Positions 58,018-64,000 of a stretch of DNA of 64,000 nucleotides are shown here, piece by piece. This DNA comes from a virus. Location of the stretch: positions 15,828 to 79,827 of IMG/VR virus record IMGVR_UViG_3300019776_000657. The stretch is one strand, 5' to 3'. The notes beneath the pieces are model-generated. The model searched no databases, had not been told where the DNA came from, and saw only the letters and a list, made by a program, of their open reading frames with translations. Both the position numbers and the translations under genes were made by a program. How positions within the stretch are numbered: the first letter of the stretch is position 1; the number at the start of each line of letters is the position of its first letter.

Positions 58018-58483
58018 TGCTCTTCAACAGTTTCTCTAGCAGTGATCCATAGTTACTACCAGATGAACCGCCATCGTTAATTTGAACGTTGACCTGGCTT
58101 TTAATATTGTTGGCACGTACCTTCTCTAACTGAATCTCACGGTCCAATTGCTCCATGGTCATCTTGTGACTCAACGCGAGCAGATCTGCAATGTCTTTTG
58201 AACTCCCCACTCCCGCCTCATCCAATTCCTGGAACTTCTTTGAGATCAACATATCCATCGCTTTACGCATTTTGAAGCGGTTGTTGAAGCCTACATCTTT
58301 GAAGACCTGATCGATATAGGCTTTGACCTCACGGCGGTTGAGTTGAGTTGCTACCAGCTCTGTGGAAATGCCTAAATCCTCAGCAACCTTGCTTAGGCTC
58401 TGAGTCTGTAGGTAGCAGTTGGCGATTTCCAATCCTTCAGGATCGATTTGAATAGTTTCTGCTGGGTGGGCGGCTGGTAGCAT
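58010..58483 (-). CDS. terS: terminase small subunit (T5-like)
   Basis: PEGLEIANCYL..REVK.YID.VF.D.G..NR..SSKDIADLL; directly upstream of TerL. Confidence 0.88.
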   Translation of the reverse strand: MLPAAHPAETIQIDPEGLEIANCYLQTQSLSKVAEDLGISTELVATQLNRREVKAYIDQVFKDVGFNNRFKMRKAMDMLISKKFQELDEAGVGSSKDIADLLALSHKMTMEQLDREIQLEKVRANNIKSQVNVQINDGGSSGSNYGSLLEKLLKSNA

Positions 58484-58491
58484 AACTTCCC

Positions 58492-58881
58492 TTACTTAAT
58501 ATCGAGTTTACGAGTTTGTGACTTGGGGTTGACATACAGTTCGATGTAGAGTACACCGTCAACAAGTTCCACATCTTCGACTGAAATGTCTGGTTCTAGG
58601 GTCCAGGTACGAGTCCAGGACCGGTGGGCTAAGCCACGGACTAGATAATTACGTTCCTCTTCCTTGGCCTTGGTACCTTTCACAGTTAGTGTGGTTCCTG
58701 CGAGGCTGACGTCCAACTCGCTCTTCTTCCAACCACTCACAGCGATTTCAATCACATAGTTGTGTTCGTCGGCTTTGTACAAGTTGTACGGTGGGTAGGA
58801 GTTGGTTGAAGCTGCTCGGTTCAGCATGTTTTCAAAACCAATCATGGTCTGGTACAATGGGTCTAACATGTTGTTTTTCAA
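58492..58881 (-). CDS. small heat shock protein (Hsp20, IbpA-like)
   Basis: IGFE..SYPPYN..IEIAVSG..RGLAHR..L.DGVL; TTG start after AAGGA, or ATG 12 nt later. Confidence 0.92.
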   Translation of the reverse strand: MKNNMLDPLYQTMIGFENMLNRAASTNSYPPYNLYKADEHNYVIEIAVSGWKKSELDVSLAGTTLTVKGTKAKEEERNYLVRGLAHRSWTRTWTLEPDISVEDVELVDGVLYIELYVNPKSQTRKLDIK

Positions 58882-58892
58882 GATTGATCCTT

Positions 58893-59000
58893 TCAGTAGT
58901 AGCGATCAAAGATTTGGGACTTGTAGTAACGAGTACGAAACTTGTGCAGTTCCTCTGAGTAGTCTACTAAAAGGTCCCATAAGGTTGATAAAAATTTCAT
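58893..59000 (-). CDS. 35-aa hypothetical protein (not in ORF track)
   Basis: MKFLSTLWDLLVDYSEELHKFRTRYYKSQIFDRYY; ATGA overlap with the upstream ORF. Confidence 0.65.
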   Translation of the reverse strand: MKFLSTLWDLLVDYSEELHKFRTRYYKSQIFDRYY

Positions 59001-59134
59001 AGGTACCCCCGGCGCTGGATGAAGTTCATTCTGCGTTCTAAATCACAGAGGTCTGAACTCTGTGCTAGGTATGTATAAATTTCATCACGGTAGTGGGGTT
59101 GAAATGATCTGGTGATCCATTTTAAAAAGTTCAT
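58997..59134 (-). CDS. 45-aa DUF3563-like protein (not in ORF track)
   Basis: AAGGA RBS; MNFLKWITRSFQPHYRDEIYTYLAQSSDLCDLERRMNFIQRRGYL with YLAQS.D..DLERR motif. Confidence 0.72.
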   Translation of the reverse strand: MNFLKWITRSFQPHYRDEIYTYLAQSSDLCDLERRMNFIQRRGYL

Positions 59135-59176
59135 ACAATTCCTTGTTGTTGATCCCAAATTTGGCGATCCGGGGTA

Positions 59177-59205
59177 ATTATAACAGTTTAGGGTAGAACG
59201 TTCAA
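59177..59205 (-). promoter_or_regulatory. sigma70-type promoter of DUF3563/Hsp20/terminase unit
   Basis: TTGAAC-N17-TATAAT. Confidence 0.75.
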
Positions 59206-59215
59206 GCCATATTTT

Positions 59216-59665
59216 TTAGTCCACTTTTGCAAAGGTCCCGTGTACTTCTAGGGCCATTTGGTCGTAGGCGTTCTTTGCCTCTTCCAAGGTGTTGAAAGTT
59301 CCTAGACTTACCGTTTGGCCGTTGTGAGTCAATCTGGCTCTGTATTTGGAGCCGATTTTAGTAACACCTTTACAGTTTGTAGAATTTATTGATTTGGCTC
59401 TACTGTTTGCATTGTTCTGGCCCCTCGTAGCCAGTCTCAAGTTCTCTATTCTGTTATTGAAAACATCTCCATCTATGTGATCTACCAACAGTTCATTAGG
59501 AATCGGCCCATTAAACATTTCCCAAATTAATCGGTGTGCTCTATATTCCCTGCCGTCGACGCGTACTCTTACGTACCCATCACGGTCTAAATTGCAGTAA
59601 ATTTTTCCTGTTTTGTTGCTTATCAACAATCCGTCGTCATATGTAAAAAGTTTGTGCAAGTCCAT
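59216..59665 (-). CDS. HNH endonuclease with AP2-like domain
   Basis: GGAGG RBS; AHRLIW..VDHIDG..NNRIENLR..N; LGTF.T.EEA..AY. Confidence 0.9.
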   Translation of the reverse strand: MDLHKLFTYDDGLLISNKTGKIYCNLDRDGYVRVRVDGREYRAHRLIWEMFNGPIPNELLVDHIDGDVFNNRIENLRLATRGQNNANSRAKSINSTNCKGVTKIGSKYRARLTHNGQTVSLGTFNTLEEAKNAYDQMALEVHGTFAKVD

Positions 59666-59684
59666 AGTTTCCTCCAAAAAATAT

Positions 59685-59713
59685 ATTATAGCACATAGGG
59701 TGGTGGTTGACAA
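59685..59713 (-). promoter_or_regulatory. sigma70-type promoter of HNH gene
   Basis: TTGTCA-N17-TATAAT. Confidence 0.72.
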
Positions 59714-59951
59714 TAGTAAATTTTCTATGGGTGGGGTATTGACTGACTAGCTTTTTGGGAAAATTTCCAAAAATACCGCGTGCGGGTGGGCGCAGCGGGG
59801 GTAGGTAACTCACTAGTTTAATAACCGCCCCTGTCCTATTCTATCACGGAACCTACAGCATTGTAAATACCCTACTAATTTGTACGGAAATAAATTTGTG
59901 TGTGAAGTTCCATGCTATACTGTGTTCACTGTAGACAAAGAGGTAAACGAA

Positions 59952-60113
59952 ATGAACACACGAGAGCACATGGAAAACCTGGCGATCCGTTATGCTGATG
60001 CACTGGTTCGTTATCATCTTGACAAGAACCCCAGCAACTTTGACGACATGGCAGCACTGCACGACATGCTGAACATGGTATGCGTTGAAGTTGCCGAAGA
60101 GGAGGAAGTATGA
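59952..60113 (+). CDS. 53-aa pre-early hypothetical protein
   Basis: GAGG RBS, ATG 59952. Confidence 0.7.
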   Translation: MNTREHMENLAIRYADALVRYHLDKNPSNFDDMAALHDMLNMVCVEVAEEEEV

Positions 60114-60265
60114 CAAGCGCAGCAATTGTAAGACTGTGGGATGCCATCTCCATGGTAACCTATCTGACTAAGACCTGCGGGATGGCACTGCATGATGCGT
60201 GCAGAATCGCAGCAACAGAGCACGATGTGGACACCGTGCAACTGTATCGAATAATGACCGACTAA
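60110..60265 (+). CDS. 51-aa hypothetical protein (not in ORF track)
   Basis: GGAGG RBS, ATGA overlap; MTSAAIVRLWDAIS... Confidence 0.65.
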   Translation: MTSAAIVRLWDAISMVTYLTKTCGMALHDACRIAATEHDVDTVQLYRIMTD

Positions 60266-60349
60266 GATCAAGGGGATTAAATTTCCCCTTGATTGTGACA
60301 GGTGTTCTGGCTTAAAATCATTACATCGCAAGGCAAACAGGAGAGACGA

Positions 60350-60478
60350 ATGTACTACCCAGCAGACATGACAAAAGAAGACATTGAATCCTTCGAACTT
60401 GACATGGTTGCGGTGGAGTTGATCTGGAACGAAGACCCAATCAACTGGGAACTGCAAGAGTTGGCGGAGGGTGTATGA
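60350..60478 (+). CDS. 42-aa acidic protein (not in ORF track)
   Basis: AGGAG RBS; MYYPADMTKEDIESFELDMVAVELIWNEDPINWELQELAEGV. Confidence 0.7.
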   Translation: MYYPADMTKEDIESFELDMVAVELIWNEDPINWELQELAEGV

Positions 60479-60627
60479 CAGCATGGATGTTATTGGTTGA
60501 CGGACAACCCACAATGTACTATGATACAGAATGGGATGCTAACTGTGATGCCCAGCATCTCAGACACACACTGGGCAACAGCTGCCCTGACCTTCAAATC
60601 AAGAGGATGACACTATCATGGAAATGA
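60475..60627 (+). CDS. 50-aa hypothetical protein (not in ORF track)
   Basis: GGAGG RBS, ATGA overlap; MTAWMLLVDGQPTMYYD... Confidence 0.62.
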   Translation: MTAWMLLVDGQPTMYYDTEWDANCDAQHLRHTLGNSCPDLQIKRMTLSWK

Positions 60628-60701
60628 TCTGGTTCTTGGGGTTCTTGATCGTACCGACACTGATTGCCGGAATTGCAATGATCTTGATGGGGGAATGGTA
60701 A
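60618..60701 (+). CDS. 27-aa single-TM peptide (not in ORF track)
   Basis: GAGGA RBS; MEMIWFLGFLIVPTLIAGIAMILMGEW; TAATG coupling to the next gene. Confidence 0.55.
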   Translation: MEMIWFLGFLIVPTLIAGIAMILMGEW

Positions 60702-60922
60702 TGAACTGGAACGACTACGACACCGAGGAATTGGCCTCTATTTATAGTGACTACCACAAAGACGTGCACGGTGTTAGGCCTCGTGGTATTCCCCTTGACA
60801 ATCGAGGGGATTTGATCGAGGGATTAGAGGGATTGGACCGTTATATGCTGAACATGAAAGCCACCCCAGAAGGCAGGGCCAGGCTCAGGGCTGAAGGCTG
60901 GGTGATGCCAGAAGACGATTGA
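60701..60922 (+). CDS. hypothetical protein
   Basis: YSDYHKDVHGVRPR motif. Confidence 0.72.
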   Translation: MNWNDYDTEELASIYSDYHKDVHGVRPRGIPLDNRGDLIEGLEGLDRYMLNMKATPEGRARLRAEGWVMPEDD

Positions 60923-60951
60923 AAAAAGACCCCACAGTTTGTGGGGTTATA

Positions 60952-60990
60952 GGCGCCGAAATTATATCACATAATTTCGGGGGCTGTCAA
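60952..60990 (-). repeat. promoter-palindrome element, copy 1
   Basis: minus: TTGACA-N18-TATAAT-TTCGGCGCC; CCGAAATTAT-N5-ATAATTTCGG palindrome. Confidence 0.9.
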
Positions 60991-61087
60991 GGGCCTGGCC
61001 AATACCCGACCTGGGCTCGGGGTTAATGTGTTGACTGTTTTTTGCTGGGCGTGGTAACATGCGTCATCGCATCAAGAAAGGAATTGT

Positions 61088-61315
61088 ATGAAGGTTTTTA
61101 TCTTCAATCATCCCGTACCGTTTCCAGAATCAGAATATGGTGGCATGTGGGTTGTTCGTGCTGAGGGCCATTACCAAGCCGGACAGGTGGCATGGGAATA
61201 CTACGATGAGCCCGATGTGCGGGTGGAGATATTCCAGCAAGCTGCACTTGAGGGTCAATCGCTGGAACTGGTGAACCACGGCGAGCCCATGGTTCTGGAT
61301 TGTTTTTACACTTGA
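61088..61315 (+). CDS. hypothetical protein
   Basis: AAGGA RBS; VPFPESEYGG motif. Confidence 0.72.
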   Translation: MKVFIFNHPVPFPESEYGGMWVVRAEGHYQAGQVAWEYYDEPDVRVEIFQQAALEGQSLELVNHGEPMVLDCFYT

Positions 61316-61382
61316 AAAACCCTACGCTTGACAGGGTTATGTGTCAGGCACTAAAATCATCTTTCACTTTGGAGATTTTGAC

Positions 61383-61697
61383 ATGGCTGAGAAGACTGTA
61401 AATTATACCCCGGAACAAACCGCCTCCATGCTGGCGGATTACGCTCAAGGCGTGGCTGTTGAGGCCATCGCCGAGAGCCTAGGGAAAACCGTGCGCTCTG
61501 TTGTGGCCAAGCTGTCACGCGAGGGTGTTTATCGCAAGAAGGAATACGTCAGCAAAACTGGCGAGCGTCCTGTCAAGAAGGATGAGACTGCCGAGAAGAT
61601 CGGCACTCTGGCTGGATTGTCGGATGGTGAGATTGATTCACTCACCAAGGCCAACAAGACTGCATTGGCCAAGATCCTGGCCAAGCTGTCGGCTTGA
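61383..61697 (+). CDS. A2: T5 A2-like pre-early DNA-binding protein
   Basis: GGAG RBS; HTH-like IAESLGKTVRSVVAKL..Y and SL.KA.K pattern recalled from T5 A2. Confidence 0.7.
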   Translation: MAEKTVNYTPEQTASMLADYAQGVAVEAIAESLGKTVRSVVAKLSREGVYRKKEYVSKTGERPVKKDETAEKIGTLAGLSDGEIDSLTKANKTALAKILAKLSA

Positions 61698-61748
61698 CAA
61701 TAGGGGGAAACCCCTATTGACAACCCCTTGCCAAAATGGCAAGGGGTT

Positions 61749-61787
61749 GGCGCCAAAATTATACCACATAATTTTGGGGGCTGTCAA
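61749..61787 (-). repeat. promoter-palindrome element, copy 2
   Basis: minus: TTGACA-N18-TATAAT-TTTGGCGCC; CCAAAATTAT-N5-ATAATTTTGG. Confidence 0.9.
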
Positions 61788-61851
61788 CAGATTCCCGACA
61801 AAATTGTGGGGTTGTAAGAAAACTGTCAGGTAGGGCCGCGAGAATCTAGGG

Positions 61852-62229
61852 ATGGACAAGCAAACACTTCAAGACCTGGCGCAATACCATGTCAGGGCGT
61901 GGTGGGTCAAGTTTTTGGCTCAATACCCTACAATCCAAAGGGCCACTCCCAGAGTGACCTTGAACAATCGACTGAAGACCACGGCCGGGCGCGCTTTCAT
62001 TGAAGACAATCCCCAGCGAATCGACCTGTCAACGGACTTGTTCGAACAATACACGGACCACATGATTGTGGACACAATCCCCCACGAACTGGCGCACTTG
62101 GTGGCTTATACCATACACGGTGACCCCGGACATGGCAAGGGTTGGTATAGTGTACTAAAACAGATGGGCATTGTGACCACGCGATGCCACACAATGGTAA
62201 ACTACAGATTCGGTAGATACAAGGGTTGA
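61852..62229 (+). CDS. SprT-like zinc metalloprotease
   Basis: RLKTTAGRA..HELAH..HG.GW. Confidence 0.88.
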   Translation: MDKQTLQDLAQYHVRAWWVKFLAQYPTIQRATPRVTLNNRLKTTAGRAFIEDNPQRIDLSTDLFEQYTDHMIVDTIPHELAHLVAYTIHGDPGHGKGWYSVLKQMGIVTTRCHTMVNYRFGRYKG

Positions 62230-62230
62230 C

Positions 62231-62434
62231 ATGATTGGCTGGGTCGGTACTGTGGCAAGCGTGATCGGTAGCTTTGTGGTTGCCTTTCAGGTTTTTGTGA
62301 TCGGTTACATTCTTTTCTTGGTGGGCAGCGTTTCCTGGCTCTGGGTGGCCATCAAAACCCGGAATTTGAGTCTGGGTGTTTTGAATGGGTTTTTCATGGT
62401 TGCTAACATCATCGGATTGTGGAAGGCAATATAA
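62231..62434 (+). CDS. small three-TM membrane protein
   Basis: entirely hydrophobic 67 aa. Confidence 0.72.
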   Translation: MIGWVGTVASVIGSFVVAFQVFVIGYILFLVGSVSWLWVAIKTRNLSLGVLNGFFMVANIIGLWKAI

Positions 62435-62435
62435 A

Positions 62436-62576
62436 ATGTTGGAATATCAGGATTGGGTTTTTACTGAAGAAGCCGTTACTGGTTTTGAGATAATCGATTT
62501 GGTAATGGACCACCCAGATTGCTGGTATTGTCCGCCAAACGAATATCCTCCCTTAATGCCCTGTTGGTCGGAGTAA
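62436..62576 (+). CDS. 46-aa hypothetical protein
   Basis: ATG 62436 immediately after the previous stop. Confidence 0.55.
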   Translation: MLEYQDWVFTEEAVTGFEIIDLVMDHPDCWYCPPNEYPPLMPCWSE

Positions 62577-62582
62577 AACATA

Positions 62583-62780
62583 ATGGCTAAATACCGTATT
62601 GTTAAAATGGCTGGATATGAATGTTCATATAAAGTCCAACAAAAGTTTTTTAGATTCTTTTGGGCAACTATATATAGTTTTCTGAGTTTGGACGAAGCAG
62701 AGGATTATATTAAAACGGAAATAAGGCAGGACAAAGTAAGACAAGAAAATAAAAAGGATATTGTTATAAAAGAATATTGA
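62583..62780 (+). CDS. 65-aa hypothetical protein
   Basis: GGAG RBS; KYRIVK..Y.VQ..FF.FFW. Confidence 0.7.
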   Translation: MAKYRIVKMAGYECSYKVQQKFFRFFWATIYSFLSLDEAEDYIKTEIRQDKVRQENKKDIVIKEY

Positions 62781-62808
62781 ATACTATATAAGGGTTTACC
62801 CTTATATA

Positions 62809-62847
62809 GGCGCCAAAATTATAACACATAATTTTGGGCCATGTCAA
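62809..62847 (-). repeat. promoter-palindrome element, copy 3
   Basis: minus: TTGACA-N18-TATAAT-TTTGGCGCC; same palindrome. Confidence 0.9.
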
Positions 62848-62886
62848 GCCCCACGTCTAAAGCCCCTACAGGTTGTGGGGCTTTGT

Positions 62887-62905
62887 GGCGCCAAAATTAT
62901 ACCAC
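62887..62905 (-). repeat. promoter-palindrome element, copy 4 (half copy)
   Basis: GGCGCCAAAATTATACCAC; extended -10 only. Confidence 0.8.
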
Positions 62906-63024
62906 GGCCCACGTAGGCGACCCCTTCAAAAACCTTGAACGCACCCTACAAAATTTTTGATTGACAAAATTCTGTTGGTCCCCCATAATACACACATAGC
63001 AACAAACAACCGATAGGATACAAA

Positions 63025-63501
63025 ATGGCAAAGATCAATAAGGTTTCGATTTACGACATGGACGGTACCATTGTTAATTCACTGCATCGTTATCGGACCA
63101 TTATCGACGATAATGGTGAGAGAATCGATCTTCAATACTGGCGCGATAATCAGTATCGCGCTGGTGAAGATACTCTGTTGCCATTAGCCGAACAATATAA
63201 GCGTGATTTGCTGGACGATAATACTTTCGTTATTATCGCCACCGCCCGTGTTATGCACGAACCCGATTATCAATTTGTCCGTGAGGTACTCGGCGAACCC
63301 GATTATCTTATTTCTCGTCCAGAGGGTTCTACAGTATCTGGCAAAACCCTCAAAATTGCTGGCCTTGCCAAGTTTTTCAATTTGATCAATTTCCGTGATG
63401 CAGAATTTACATTCTATGAAGACAATATCGAATATCTCAAAGCGGTTTGCGACCGATTCAATATCAGGGGTGTATATGTTCCCTCAAAACAAGGTCATTA
63501 A
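63025..63501 (+). CDS. dmp: HAD-family deoxynucleoside-5'-monophosphatase, T5 Dmp-like
   Basis: YDMDGTIVNSLHR..DTLLPL..IIATAR..K..YEDN. Confidence 0.8.
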   Translation: MAKINKVSIYDMDGTIVNSLHRYRTIIDDNGERIDLQYWRDNQYRAGEDTLLPLAEQYKRDLLDDNTFVIIATARVMHEPDYQFVREVLGEPDYLISRPEGSTVSGKTLKIAGLAKFFNLINFRDAEFTFYEDNIEYLKAVCDRFNIRGVYVPSKQGH

Positions 63502-63538
63502 CTAACATACCCCGAAAGGGGTTATTATTGGAGAGTAT

Positions 63539-63715
63539 ATGAGAAACTGGGCAAAATGGTTAATTAACCATAATCTGAGGTGGGTTTTGTGCCTAATAAC
63601 GATTTTGTTTTTTCCGCTGTATTTTGCAGTTAATCTGAAACACTGCATTGTTAATACTGTGGAGGATTTTATGGGCGATTTTAATAATATCAGGACTCAC
63701 CCAAAGGGTAAATAA
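63539..63715 (+). CDS. 58-aa membrane-anchored protein (not in ORF track)
   Basis: GGAG RBS; MRNWAKWLINHNLRWVLCLITILFFPLYF...; TAATG coupling. Confidence 0.62.
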   Translation: MRNWAKWLINHNLRWVLCLITILFFPLYFAVNLKHCIVNTVEDFMGDFNNIRTHPKGK

Positions 63716-63963
63716 TGGAAACTATAGGTTGGCTAGGTGCCATATTGTTTGCAATATGTGGATTGCCTCAGGCAATACAATGTGCAAAAGATGGACATTC
63801 CAGAGGATTAAACTGGTTTTTCTTGGCCGCATGGTTGGGCGGTGAGATTATGACAATAATCTATATCTGGCCGAAACGTGATTATCCCCTGTTATTCAAT
63901 TACCTATTAAATCTGGTATTCTTGGGGATTATGATCCGATATAAAATCTGGGAGAGAAAATGA
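63715..63963 (+). CDS. PQ-loop/SemiSWEET-family small transporter
   Basis: IGW.G......LPQ......S.GL; three TM helices, 82 aa. Confidence 0.78.
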   Translation: METIGWLGAILFAICGLPQAIQCAKDGHSRGLNWFFLAAWLGGEIMTIIYIWPKRDYPLLFNYLLNLVFLGIMIRYKIWERK

Positions 63964-64000
63964 AGTCAGAAGATATTTATACTGTTGGAGATTTGATTAA

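Noticed and set aside
59714-59830. tRNA or T5-type nick site in the GC-rich tract
   Set aside because: No cloverleaf/T-loop; GCGC-based nick motifs are too short to call by eye
59853-62194. Minus-strand ORFs (e.g. 60014..60514, 61529..61756) as targets of the leftward promoters
   Set aside because: They overlap well-supported + strand genes, lack RBSs, and hairpins intervene right after the predicted starts
60922-62905. Repeats as a CRISPR array
   Set aside because: Irregular spacing with whole genes between copies; no cas genes; the repeats read as promoters

Overview
Fragment of a large lytic siphophage with a T5-like (Demerecviridae-type) backbone; a betaproteobacterial host is inferred, not shown. 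1-11.1 kb (+): replication/recombination block (DNA polymerase A C-terminus, D10, D11, D12, glutaredoxin, D13, D14, D15, dUTPase, class II ribonucleotide reductase, GIY-YIG endonuclease) ending at a bidirectional terminator. 11.1-59.7 kb (-): late region, read right to left: HNH-AP2 endonuclease, DUF3563-like microprotein/Hsp20, TerS, TerL, GIY-YIG, HNH nickase, portal, a single protease+major capsid ORF, head/tail completion proteins, major tail protein, -1 frameshifted tail chaperones, tape measure, a lambda-like tail tip with a 3291-aa NlpC/P60-gpI-gpJ fusion, about 17 kb of fibre/adhesin/chaperone genes, then holin-like, lysozyme and PhoH genes. 59.7-64 kb (+): pre-early/terminal-repeat-like region with tiny ORFs, A2-like, SprT-like, Dmp-like and PQ-loop genes. 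Most unusual signal: a repeated non-coding element in the pre-early region (leftward TTGACA-N18-TATAAT promoter with a palindrome over its -10, then GGCGCC and a hairpin) that points antisense to the genes and appears to specify short RNAs. Also notable: a pseudoknot covering the SD of a GIY-YIG gene, a duplicated terminator-promoter cassette bracketing 8.4 kb of fibre genes, and the protease-capsid fusion with an internal start. All family assignments are by motif recognition and synteny; no searches were run.
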